64,000 nt of DNA from an uncultured cyanobacterium (GTDB lineage: Bacteria > Cyanobacteriota > Cyanobacteriia > Phormidesmidales > Phormidesmidaceae), in assembly GCA_963793265.1 (NCBI GenBank), contig CAWBZI010000004.1:416001-480000 (forward strand). Reading direction: 5' to 3'. Positions 30,396-39,847 of this stretch are shown here, piece after piece (position 1 is the first letter of the stretch; each line of letters begins with the position of its first letter). The notes below the pieces were generated by a model. It had not been told where the DNA came from, did no database searches, and was given only the letters and a program-made list of their open reading frames with translations. Made by a program: the position numbers and the translations under genes.

Positions 30396-30995
30396 GTGTT
30401 CGTAAATCCCTCGGCAGTTAGAGCTTTGGTCTGGACTGACTATCGGTTAGCGCTACTCTTTACCGTGTTCATTCCGCTAACGCTGTTGATCTGGTCGTGG
30501 GTGAGCAAAGCTGAAGCAATTAGCCTGCTAATGACGATTTACTGGCGGGTGTCGAGCTTACTAGCAATCAGCGTACTGCTGATGATTGGGGGCCTTTCTA
30601 TTGGGTTCGTAACCTCTTTCTTAGCAAAGGTGCTCATCCCAATTAGTGTGTGGTTTTGGGCCGATCTTAATGAAGAAATTCGCGAGCAGCCTAAGCGATC
30701 GCTTAACTTAGGATTCAATGCCTGGCGCTGGGCCATCACGGTATACTGCGGCATTGGCGCGGTTGTGCAGCTTTTGTTTATCAACTGTGCGTTTTCGGCT
30801 GCTGCGCTGAGTGGCGATCGCTGCCAAGCCTGGCGTGAACCTTCTCTTATTTTCAAAGATTACGTCGCAGGCGGCCTTACTGAAGGCTTCATAGGCTTTT
30901 GGGGGATCTTTACCCTGGTCATCTACGCACTGTGCCTGGGCTATTTCCTATTGGTGAAGCTAGGCCGTCAAGGTCGCTCAGCCCTTAATCAGTAA
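30396..30995 (+). CDS. DUF3177 family membrane protein
   Basis: 'LVWTDYRLA', 'IYWRVSSLL', 'WFWADLNEEI', 'GRQGRSA'. Start uncertain; GTG 30396 chosen. Confidence 0.85.
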   Translation: MFVNPSAVRALVWTDYRLALLFTVFIPLTLLIWSWVSKAEAISLLMTIYWRVSSLLAISVLLMIGGLSIGFVTSFLAKVLIPISVWFWADLNEEIREQPKRSLNLGFNAWRWAITVYCGIGAVVQLLFINCAFSAAALSGDRCQAWREPSLIFKDYVAGGLTEGFIGFWGIFTLVIYALCLGYFLLVKLGRQGRSALNQ

Positions 30996-31015
30996 CCAGT
31001 TATCCGTAACTAACA

Positions 31016-31321
31016 ATGAGTAATTCGGTGGCGCTCTCCACCCGCCTAGAAAACTACACGCTCAAGTTTCCGCAGGAATTACTGATGGTGGAAGCTGAAA
31101 TTGACGGTGAAGCCGATACGATACTCATCTTCAAAGGTTTTTCTAGCTCTTTAGTGCGGCCCACTGCGTACGATCCAGAAGTGCCTACGCTGCCCGAGAA
31201 TGCTGTGATCGCCTACATCGATCGGCTCAAAGGCCCTTACCAGCCTCAGTCTCCTAACTATATAGAAAGAGAGATATCTCTAGCAGAATTTACTGCGAAG
31301 CTGACGGCACTCGGGCTATAA
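31016..31321 (+). CDS. Conserved cyanobacterial hypothetical protein
   Basis: 101 aa with 'IFKGFSSSL..PTAYDP', 'DRLKGPY'; a recognisable conserved family of unknown function. Confidence 0.75.
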   Translation: MSNSVALSTRLENYTLKFPQELLMVEAEIDGEADTILIFKGFSSSLVRPTAYDPEVPTLPENAVIAYIDRLKGPYQPQSPNYIEREISLAEFTAKLTALGL

Positions 31322-31490
31322 AAACTCATGATTTTGAGTTTTCTTACGCCATTCCTTAAGCCTCCCTTTGATCTCAGGCTCAGGCTATCCCCATTTCGGC
31401 TTTGACCTGTCACAATAATTAAGTCATTGGCCGATTGTGCTCTTTTTGCTTGCTCCTTTCGGTAGACACCTGCTGGTAGACACCCTCGCT

Positions 31491-32561
31491 ATGTATAAAA
31501 CTCAAGATCTCCACGTGGTCGAAAACCGTCCTCTGCTTTCGCCCAGTCAGCTCCTAGCGCAGCTTCCTCTAACCGAGACAGCCGCAGCTTTAGTGGCACA
31601 AACGCGCGATCGCATTCGCAACATTATGCACAATGAAGATCGGCGGCTGCTGGTCGTTGTTGGCCCTTGCTCAGTTCATGACGTGGATGCAGCTTATGAC
31701 TACGGTCAAAAGCTCGTTAAGCTGAGAGAACGATTCTCAGACCATTTGGAAATCGTCATGCGGGTGTATTTTGAAAAGCCTCGCACCAACATCGGCTGGA
31801 AAGGTCTAATCAACGATCCTCACTTAGACGGTAGCTATGACATCAATGAAGGATTGCGCCTAGCCCGCAAGCTGCTGCTTGATCTTACCGAAATTGGCTT
31901 ACCTGCTGGCACCGAACTGCTCGATCCAATTACACCACAGTACATTGCCGATATAATTACTTGGACTGCCATTGGCGCGCGCACCACAGAAAGCCAAACT
32001 CACAGAGAAATGGCTTCTGGCCTATCCATGCCAATTGGCTTTAAAAACAACACCAACGGTAGCTTAGACGCAGCAGCAAATGCCATGCTTGCAGCTAGTC
32101 AGCCGCATCATTTCCTGGGCATTAATCAGAGCGGCCACGCTAGTATCGTTTCTACGACGGGTAACGCTGATGGCCATCTGGTTTTACGCGGTGGTAAACA
32201 GGGGCCTAATTACGAAGCAGCTAGCGTAGAAAAAGCGGCAGTGGCTCTCACGGCTCAAAACCTGAATCCTCGGATTATGGTGGACTGTAGCCACGCAAAC
32301 GCGAATAAAGACCATACTCGTCAGGTTCTTGTTCTAGAAAGCATTGCTGAACAGGTTGCTAAAGGTTCGCAGCATCTAATGGGTGCCATGATTGAAAGCC
32401 ATCTAGTGGCAGGTAAGCAGCCTATCTCTAAGAACCGAGATGACTTGACCTACGGACAGAGCATTACAGACGCCTGTGTAGATATAGAGACTACGGCTAC
32501 GATGCTTGAATCGCTAGCTAAATCTGTGAAGCAACTGGTCGCAGCTAAAGTGGCAAAATAA
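31491..32561 (+). CDS. 3-deoxy-7-phosphoheptulonate (DAHP) synthase, class I-alpha
   Basis: 'GPCSVHD', 'RVYFEKPRT', 'IGARTTESQ.HRE', 'DCSHAN', 'GQSITDAC'. ATG 31491 preferred. Confidence 0.95.
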   Translation: MYKTQDLHVVENRPLLSPSQLLAQLPLTETAAALVAQTRDRIRNIMHNEDRRLLVVVGPCSVHDVDAAYDYGQKLVKLRERFSDHLEIVMRVYFEKPRTNIGWKGLINDPHLDGSYDINEGLRLARKLLLDLTEIGLPAGTELLDPITPQYIADIITWTAIGARTTESQTHREMASGLSMPIGFKNNTNGSLDAAANAMLAASQPHHFLGINQSGHASIVSTTGNADGHLVLRGGKQGPNYEAASVEKAAVALTAQNLNPRIMVDCSHANANKDHTRQVLVLESIAEQVAKGSQHLMGAMIESHLVAGKQPISKNRDDLTYGQSITDACVDIETTATMLESLAKSVKQLVAAKVAK

Positions 32562-32600
32562 GCCGTTCTAGTAGGCTTAAGCCTTTAGATTCATAATCAG

Positions 32601-32650
32601 AAACCTTCAGAGGGACGCTACCTTAGCATTTTCTTCTGAAGGTGTTTGTT
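32601..32650. terminator. Stem-loop between convergent genes
   Basis: ACCTTCAGA (32603-32611) and TCTGAAGGT (32635-32643) arms with further internal pairing. Confidence 0.65.
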
Positions 32651-32674
32651 TGCGTACTTCTTCATTCAGCCTCT

Positions 32675-34150
32675 TCAAAACAAAGGAATGTTGACGTTTA
32701 AACCAGCGCCATAGAAGGTGTCGTCTAAGTTGAAGGCTGAGTTGGAGGAGCGGCCAAAGCGGGTTCCACCAAACAAGCTAACTTTGCTTTCAGGCGTTAG
32801 GCTATAGCTGATAACGCCGAGTACCTGCTGGTAGGTATCGAACCGAGATATTCGGATGTAGTCGTCAAAATCGATCTGATAGAGCAGGCTCGTGCTTAAG
32901 TCACGAGTGACCTTGTGGTTCAAGGAAAGCGTTAGGGTTTGACGAAACCGACTGGCTCTATCTCTATCTATATTTGGGTTGTCACCAGATGCTCGAGCAA
33001 ACCCTAGCCGCGCCTGATAAAAACTATCTAGCCACGTTTTTGAGCCTAAAATACTGCGATGGCTTATCTGCGCGTCAATATAGTTTATGCCGAGCTTTTT
33101 TTCTCGATATCCAGGCGTATAAAACCTTTGGTTTCGCCACCCTAGCTGGGCAAATGTGCGAGGTGCGAGGCGCTGTCGTACGCCTAGCTGTAGCTCTACC
33201 TGGTTGGTGTTGATTCCATCGAACCTTTCGTAGCGAGCTAGGGTGGTTCCGGCGATCGCATACAAATTCGTACTATCTGAAAGTTTGGGAAATAAGAGAA
33301 CTGTCAGACCTGACTGATACACCTGATCGTTTAATCGCCGTAGAAAACCATCATCACCGAACTGGGATGGTGCATCCGTCCGGTTGGATCGAAATATATT
33401 GTCGCTGTCTAAAAAGCCCAGGCGACCTGACAGAAAAGCAATGGGCGGCTTGGGGGGTGGAGGCGCAGCTTGTGCTGTTTGGATGAGGCGTAGAATGCCT
33501 AAGTCTTCGTTGGTGCGCGATCGCTGCAACTGCAATCGCAAGTTACCTAGCTCATCATCCTGAGTGCCCTCTGGCTGCGGCGTGAGTGGCCTAATTCTTT
33601 CCTCCGGCAGCAAGTCGCCAAAATCAGGCACCTGAGCCACCGTTTGAGGCTCATTCAGCTCTATTCCTAAAGGCTCTACTTCTGCAACCTCTACCTCTAA
33701 GCCCTCTATCTCCAGAGGTTCTACTATTTCTAGCGATGCTTCTTTCAAACCCTCTATCTCTAGGTGCTCTACCTCTATAGATTCCATCAGTGCTGAAGGT
33801 TCTGGTGCTACGGCAGGCTCCGTGCTAATCGCATCATCGCAACTATCAAAATCGTTGACTCCGCAAGGTAAGGGCGCAAAGGTAGGACTGTGGTCGTCTT
33901 CTACTGCGAAGGCGTGCTTGCTAGATTGCACTAAGGTTTTGTGAGACGAAGCTGTGAGCTTAGAAAGAGAAGCTGCTTTAAGGCGATCGCTATCTTTGCG
34001 ATCGTCGTTCTCTATAGCCATCTCTGCATCCTGAGCTTCTTGCAAAACCGGAGCGGCAAGAGCTGAAACACAAAGAATGTTTAGAACGCCACCTAAACCA
34101 AGGCTTAGTCCGAGCACTTTCTGGCCAATCGGAAAAGCCTGTTTTTTCAT
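32675..34150 (-). CDS. Predicted outer-membrane beta-barrel protein with signal peptide and acidic disordered N-terminal region
   Basis: Hydrophobic signal region. C-terminal ~255 aa are alternating amphipathic strands ('VELQLGVRQRL', 'FAQLGWRNQ', 'VLGVISYSL') ending in a beta-signal-like 'YGAGLNVNIPLF'. Confidence 0.75.
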   Translation of the reverse strand: MKKQAFPIGQKVLGLSLGLGGVLNILCVSALAAPVLQEAQDAEMAIENDDRKDSDRLKAASLSKLTASSHKTLVQSSKHAFAVEDDHSPTFAPLPCGVNDFDSCDDAISTEPAVAPEPSALMESIEVEHLEIEGLKEASLEIVEPLEIEGLEVEVAEVEPLGIELNEPQTVAQVPDFGDLLPEERIRPLTPQPEGTQDDELGNLRLQLQRSRTNEDLGILRLIQTAQAAPPPPKPPIAFLSGRLGFLDSDNIFRSNRTDAPSQFGDDGFLRRLNDQVYQSGLTVLLFPKLSDSTNLYAIAGTTLARYERFDGINTNQVELQLGVRQRLAPRTFAQLGWRNQRFYTPGYREKKLGINYIDAQISHRSILGSKTWLDSFYQARLGFARASGDNPNIDRDRASRFRQTLTLSLNHKVTRDLSTSLLYQIDFDDYIRISRFDTYQQVLGVISYSLTPESKVSLFGGTRFGRSSNSAFNLDDTFYGAGLNVNIPLF

Positions 34151-34763
34151 AAAAAAATTACTGTTGTGTGAGCAGGTTCTAAGCGCGGTTTTTCTGTGAA
34201 TTGGGATAAGACTATGAAAAAACGCATGGGCCAGTGCTATCTATATCAAGATGTCAAAGCAGAAATCAGGCAAAAGCTTCTAAGTTATATTGATTTTGAA
34301 GATGAATCTGTAAGCAATCGTTGTGCACAAGCCAACAACGCGTAAGCTGACCTCAACCAAAAATCCGAACGCCATCATTGCACCGTACCGATATCAAGAC
34401 AGCTCTATACGACTTGGCGCACTCAGCGCCCAGACCCTAGTATCCGTCTTCAAAAATCTGCCCTATTATGGTTGCTAAGTTATCTACCACTTTAGATTTT
34501 CATTACCAACATGAAAGGCTAAGATAAACGTAGGAATACGCCCGTATAAACCGGTTAGTTCCTGCGCGCAGTGCTAAAGCTTCAGTGCCAAACGTCTCCA
34601 AACGTTTCATTGCATCTACCCTACATCTTCTGTCCATCAAGCACATTTACATAGAAAAGCAGAGTAGGGCGTATCAAAGTATGACAAAGCATCAACTTCT
34701 CTAGATGCAGTCATACTACTGATAAACCCGTCCCTCTGGCTAGTTTTTTTACGTACAAAATTT

Positions 34764-37361
34764 ATGACTGGGTATTATTCCAAACGAAGCCGTCGGGTAC
34801 GCGCGCTGTCAGTTGCGCTTGGCCTGGCAACTCTTTTTTTTGCACCTTATGCTGCTATTGCCGAAGAGATCGAACCAGAAGAGCTGAGGTGGGCAAGGGT
34901 TGACTTTCTTCGGAATAGAGTTCAGCTTTTGCCAACTGACGAAAGAGCCCGCCGCGCCCGTATTTCTGACATTTTGGGCGTAGGCGATTCCCTTAGAACG
35001 CTCAGCCGCTCACGCGCCGAGCTGCGCTTTAATGACGAGTCGCTCGCTCGTATTGGTGAGCGGGCAACCTTCAGATTCACACCTAACACTCGCAACTTTC
35101 AGCTCACTAACGGCACCGTTTTACTGCTAATTCCGCCTGCGCGCGGACGAAGCACTATTCAAACGCCCAATGCTGTAACTGGCATCCAAGGATCTGCTCT
35201 TTTCGTTCGGTATATTCCTGAGACAGACACCACAATTGTCGGCGCGCTCACCGACAATCCCAACGGCCCCATGGTGCTCTTTAATCGAGATGGCACTGAG
35301 CAGCAAGCTTTGCAGGCTAACGAGATCGGCGTGATCGAAGGCGATCAGATTACTCAGATCTATCGGTTTGACAGTCAGCTTTTTTGGCAAAGCAGCGGCT
35401 TAGCAGAGGGCTTTAACTACTCAGAGGATTCTCCTGACGGTGATGCTTTAGACGGCGTACGTCAGGAAATTAGAGAAGCCATATCCAAGCAAGATCCACT
35501 GCCTAGCGAAGGCGATGGTGTCATCGAAAATCCGCCATCTTTCAGTCGGCCAGAGCCCGCCGCAGAACCGGCAGCAGAGATAGAAACGCCTAGTGATGGC
35601 ACTACTGCGGGGGCATCATCTAATGCCAGTAGTGGTGCCAGTAGTGGGACAACGGGCGAAACAACCGACGCTGATAATGAGACGGCGACTAGCAATACAG
35701 ACACCAGCACAGCTAGCGGAACATCTGAAGCCTCTGGGCAATCGGATGTCAGTCAAACCGATGGCCAAGTTACGAACGGCCAAGCTAACAGCGGCACAAC
35801 CCAAGGGCCTGTCTCCTCTACGAATAACGGTGGACGATCACTAACAGCCCCAACAGAAAGCGGGCCTTCAACGCCTTCAACAACTGTGCCTTCAACCTCC
35901 TCGCCTTCTACTTCAGGCGCTGAGGAAGGCAATTTTGAGGAGGTTGAAGAGCCCATCATTGAACTGGAGTTTGAAGGATCGCCCGCTCAAGACTATCTTG
36001 CTGCGCCTTCAACTGCCGTACCTATTCCAGGGGTAGGTGAAGCAAATAATTTGGTACCTAATTCTACGCCGGAAGACGGCGAGGACGAGGATACAAATCC
36101 AGGTGCCAGCGAAGCATCAGGAGATACCCCAGTCACAGGCTCTAATTCACAAACTGGTTCACCAACCAACTCGCAGACAGGTTCCCAAACAGGTCAGCAG
36201 ACCTCAGGGGAAAGCGCTGCTGGAGAAGGCGATCCGCTTCAGCGACCTATCACAGATGAGAGCGACGATCTGCTAACGGTGCCGGAGCAAATTACTGGCG
36301 GCGATCCGAATGCTGCCCCAGTGACAGTTGGCCAAGACGGTAATCCGGTAGATGCTCAAGGCAGAGCGCTGACAGAAGCAGAAACTACCGAAGAAACGGA
36401 TACAACTAATTTAGAAGAGTTAGAAAATGGTGTCGTCGCTGAACCTGCTGAACCTGAAAATCCACCAGCCGTAATAGATAGCTCTGATAGCAACACTGGT
36501 GATAATACTGGTGTTGAAACACCTGTAGAAGCATCTGGCGAGAGTGCTGCTGAACCGACACTTGAGCCAGAAGCCGCGCCCATCATCCCGGAAGCCGCAC
36601 CGACTATTCCAGAAGCCGCGCCAATTATATTAGAGGGTGAGCAGACACCAGAAACAGCTCAGCCAGTAGCTGCTCCAGAGCCAGTAGTTGCTCCAGAGCC
36701 AGTGGTTGCTCCAGAGCCGATAGTTACCCCAGAACCTGTCACGCCTGTATTAGATCCTTCTACCTCGCTGGTTCCGATCGAGCCTGGCGAACTCATTCAA
36801 GATGAGCTTACTCCAGTGCCAGAACCCACTGTTCCAGAGGTTCAGCTAGAAGACGAGCTGCCAGTTTCTGAAAATAGTGGTTCAGAAGATATCGAGCAGC
36901 CTGAGGATGTGATAGTAGAGCCTGCGATACCTGATACAGAAGTGATAGAACCCTCGTCAGAAGATCTGCTGCCTACCACAGATATTGCTGAGCCACCCGT
37001 TCTTGAGCTAGAAGTTGTCGAACCGGCAGTCACTCCCGATGTTGGTAGCGATATCCCGGACGTCGATGCCAATGACATTGTTGATACACCTGAGATTGAT
37101 GTCCCCGATGCGTCACAGCTTGATGTCGATATTCCCGATGCCGATATTCCTTTTGATACTCCTACAATAGGCGGAACACCTGTAGAAGATACCTTGGATC
37201 CTGTAGATGCACCGATAGATACTATTCAACAAGAAGCGCCTTCACGTGAATTTGTGGATGAAGGTGTCGAGCCGGTTAACGAAAATCCTGGCGCACCGAC
37301 TGATAGCCAGCAGCCTGATGTTCCTGATGACTCTGAAGCAGGCGATCGCGAGCTGCTATAG
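34764..37361 (+). CDS. Secreted FecR-domain protein with very long acidic Pro/Thr/Glu/Asp-rich tail
   Basis: Signal peptide ending AAIA. FecR-like 'GDSLRT..RSRAELRFND.SLARIG', 'LTNGTVL', 'IQTPNAVTGIQGS'. About 600 aa of low-complexity acidic C-terminus. Confidence 0.85.
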   Translation: MTGYYSKRSRRVRALSVALGLATLFFAPYAAIAEEIEPEELRWARVDFLRNRVQLLPTDERARRARISDILGVGDSLRTLSRSRAELRFNDESLARIGERATFRFTPNTRNFQLTNGTVLLLIPPARGRSTIQTPNAVTGIQGSALFVRYIPETDTTIVGALTDNPNGPMVLFNRDGTEQQALQANEIGVIEGDQITQIYRFDSQLFWQSSGLAEGFNYSEDSPDGDALDGVRQEIREAISKQDPLPSEGDGVIENPPSFSRPEPAAEPAAEIETPSDGTTAGASSNASSGASSGTTGETTDADNETATSNTDTSTASGTSEASGQSDVSQTDGQVTNGQANSGTTQGPVSSTNNGGRSLTAPTESGPSTPSTTVPSTSSPSTSGAEEGNFEEVEEPIIELEFEGSPAQDYLAAPSTAVPIPGVGEANNLVPNSTPEDGEDEDTNPGASEASGDTPVTGSNSQTGSPTNSQTGSQTGQQTSGESAAGEGDPLQRPITDESDDLLTVPEQITGGDPNAAPVTVGQDGNPVDAQGRALTEAETTEETDTTNLEELENGVVAEPAEPENPPAVIDSSDSNTGDNTGVETPVEASGESAAEPTLEPEAAPIIPEAAPTIPEAAPIILEGEQTPETAQPVAAPEPVVAPEPVVAPEPIVTPEPVTPVLDPSTSLVPIEPGELIQDELTPVPEPTVPEVQLEDELPVSENSGSEDIEQPEDVIVEPAIPDTEVIEPSSEDLLPTTDIAEPPVLELEVVEPAVTPDVGSDIPDVDANDIVDTPEIDVPDASQLDVDIPDADIPFDTPTIGGTPVEDTLDPVDAPIDTIQQEAPSREFVDEGVEPVNENPGAPTDSQQPDVPDDSEAGDRELL
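36567..36734 (+). repeat. Coding tandem repeats in the FecR-protein tail
   Basis: Three 21-nt units (PEAAP(I/T)I, 36567-36629) and four 18-nt units (PVVAPE-like, 36663-36734). Confidence 0.9.
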
Positions 37362-37369
37362 AGTCAAAT

Positions 37370-39847
37370 CTACGCCCCTAACTCTTCTGTTGGGGGCTTT
37401 TCATCATCTATTTGAGTGGGTAAGGCTCCGGGCCAGTCAGTCGGTAAAATTTGAGTGTCATCTAGTTCCTGATTTGTCTCAATGACGCCGGGTCTGGTGC
37501 CCTGATTGTAAGTAGTCTCAGACCTGTTCGGAAGGCCAGGGCTGAGCGCAGGCAAGTCGGTAAGCTGTTCGTAGTCTAGCTGGTTTAGATCATCCAATAC
37601 GCTTTGGGCCGAGTGATAGCGGTTGTTGAAGTCATATCGCACCATTTTGTTGATGATGCTAGAGAGCGCGGGGGAAATATCGGTAACCGTATGGGACCAA
37701 ATAATCTCCCCTTTTTCACTCCGTTTGAGCGCGTGAGGAGGCCGACCGGTCAGCGCTTCAATGGCAGTAATGCCCAAAGCATAAACATCGCTGCGCACCG
37801 TAGGCATTCCGGCAGACTGTTCGCTGGGCATGTATCCTTGGGTTCCAATCCCGACTGTCTCGGTCATTTGGGTATTAGCGCCTGCTAACTTGTGGTTGAT
37901 TGTCTTGACTGCGCCGAAGTCGATTAGTACGTAGCGCCCATCTGCTTTTCGGCGAATAATATTTGAGGGCTTGATGTCTCTGTGTATTACGTTTTGAGAG
38001 TGAACGAAGCTGACAACAGGCAGCAGGTCTTTTAGCATATCGACGACTGCTTTTTGAGAAAGCGGATGCGCCCGAGAGAGCACCTCGCGCAGCAGCTTAC
38101 CTTCTATCATTTCCTGTACGAGGTAGAAGGAGTCTTGTACTTCAAAGTAGGCCAGCAGTCGAGGAATTTGATGGTGTTCTCCTAGCTGACCTAAGACGAC
38201 CGCTTCTGCTTCAAACAGGCGGCGAGCAAGCTGGTGAGCTTTAGGATTATCGCTAACAATTTTGAGCTGCTTGACGACGCAAACTGGATGACCTGGACGC
38301 AGCGTATCTTGAGCTAGATAAGTTTCGCCAAAGCCGCCTGCGCCTAGAACTTTAGTGATGCGATAGCGATCGCGCAATAACGCGCCAATCAAATCAGTCC
38401 GGTTGATATCCAGCAAGTCTTGAAAATCGTCCTGCTGGCTGATAATTTCTTGAACCAGCGGCGAGGTCGCATAGCGAGCCAGCGTCGTCCGCAGCCGCCT
38501 GCGTCTAAACCTATCGGCCGTAAAGCCCACGCCGAAATCCAACAGGCCCATCGTGCCGAGTGCAATCATCGGTGTGCCGGTCATCAAAAGAGTTCTAGAG
38601 CCAATAAAAGCACCGTAGCCTAGTAGCCCCCAAAGGCATACCCCGCCGCCTGCAATGAGCAGTCTATTCAACGGCTTTGGTGTTCGGTTCATCAGACCAG
38701 CGACGCCTAACCCCAGCAATAAAACGATCAGCGCGTTAACAAGAGGGCTTTTGATGGGTCTAGTGAGGGCTAAGTCATTTTCTAGGGTTGCGATCGCATT
38801 TGCCAAAATCTCAACGCCCGCCATCGGCTGCGGATAAAGCACACTCTCAGAAAACGGCGCTTTATGAAAATCCTGGCGGATGCTAGCCGTACCGCCAATA
38901 ATGACAATTTTGTCTTTAAAGAAATCACCCCCGCCCAGCTTATTATTCCAGGGGTCGTCATCAAGCACATACCAAAAAGGCACGTGCTCGAAGGTTTGGT
39001 CTGGCCCGTGGAAAAAGATATTCTCTTGAGGTGAGGTGTCGTAAGGAATATCTGCTGCTTTCAAGGTTGCCTGAGCAAAGCTCAAGAGGGGTGGGTCTTC
39101 CTCATCTAAAATAGTGGCTGAAGCGCCGAGTATTTCAGCCTCTTGACGGGCTATCTCCCTTAAGAATTCTTGACCCAAACGGTGAATCTGCTGACTGGGC
39201 TGTTCCTTTAAGAAATTGATGACGCCAACCTGTGCGCCTGCCTCTTGAAACTGCTCAATCGGTAGCGACGGCTGAAGTGAAACGCCTTGAGGTAGCTGAA
39301 TATAATCATACTGAGTTGCTAAGACAACATGCTCTCCGTATTGCTCAAGCACTCTAGCAAAAGCATCATCGCCTGGCTTGTACTGACTTTCCGAAGCAAA
39401 TACAACATCAATCGCAACTGCTTTTGCACCTGATTCCATCAAGCGGGCAACCACCTGGCCGTAAGCCTGTCTTTTCCAGGGCCAAGACGATATCGCTTCT
39501 AAAGCTTCATATCTCTCAGAGTCTTCTGAATAAAGCTGACTCTGAGAGAGGGAAGCCTCGTCAATCGCCAAAATAACAATATCATTGGGCGCTTCAACCG
39601 GGCCTCTCAGCTCGAAAAACAGGCTTTGTGCCTGCTGTTCCCACAAGTTGACAACGCCTACATTGCTCCCTATGGCTCCTGCGGTCACTGTCATACAAAC
39701 GGCTGAGAGGGCTAGTCGCCAGTACTTTGCGATCGCGCCACGCTGCCAGGTGGCCAGCCGATCTCTAGCGGTCAGCGTAGCCGTGACATCATCGGTAGTT
39801 GATGCGCGATTAGCCTTGGCGTTAGCAGATCTTCTGGCCATGATCAA
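37370..39847 (-). CDS. CHASE2-domain receptor Ser/Thr protein kinase
   Basis: CHASE2 ('IVILAIDE.S', 'WPW.R', 'GAKAVAIDVVF', 'GVEILANAI'), three TMs, then an intact kinase (GAGGFG, VVK, HRDIKPSN, DFG, GT.GYMPSEQ). Confidence 0.93.
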   Translation of the reverse strand: MIMARRSANAKANRASTTDDVTATLTARDRLATWQRGAIAKYWRLALSAVCMTVTAGAIGSNVGVVNLWEQQAQSLFFELRGPVEAPNDIVILAIDEASLSQSQLYSEDSERYEALEAISSWPWKRQAYGQVVARLMESGAKAVAIDVVFASESQYKPGDDAFARVLEQYGEHVVLATQYDYIQLPQGVSLQPSLPIEQFQEAGAQVGVINFLKEQPSQQIHRLGQEFLREIARQEAEILGASATILDEEDPPLLSFAQATLKAADIPYDTSPQENIFFHGPDQTFEHVPFWYVLDDDPWNNKLGGGDFFKDKIVIIGGTASIRQDFHKAPFSESVLYPQPMAGVEILANAIATLENDLALTRPIKSPLVNALIVLLLGLGVAGLMNRTPKPLNRLLIAGGGVCLWGLLGYGAFIGSRTLLMTGTPMIALGTMGLLDFGVGFTADRFRRRRLRTTLARYATSPLVQEIISQQDDFQDLLDINRTDLIGALLRDRYRITKVLGAGGFGETYLAQDTLRPGHPVCVVKQLKIVSDNPKAHQLARRLFEAEAVVLGQLGEHHQIPRLLAYFEVQDSFYLVQEMIEGKLLREVLSRAHPLSQKAVVDMLKDLLPVVSFVHSQNVIHRDIKPSNIIRRKADGRYVLIDFGAVKTINHKLAGANTQMTETVGIGTQGYMPSEQSAGMPTVRSDVYALGITAIEALTGRPPHALKRSEKGEIIWSHTVTDISPALSSIINKMVRYDFNNRYHSAQSVLDDLNQLDYEQLTDLPALSPGLPNRSETTYNQGTRPGVIETNQELDDTQILPTDWPGALPTQIDDEKPPTEELGA

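Noticed and set aside
34214..34345. 43-aa ORF (MKKRMGQCYLYQDV...) in the barrel/FecR intergenic region
   Set aside because: No convincing SD or motif, and it overlaps the likely promoter of the barrel gene; unsupported without conservation data.
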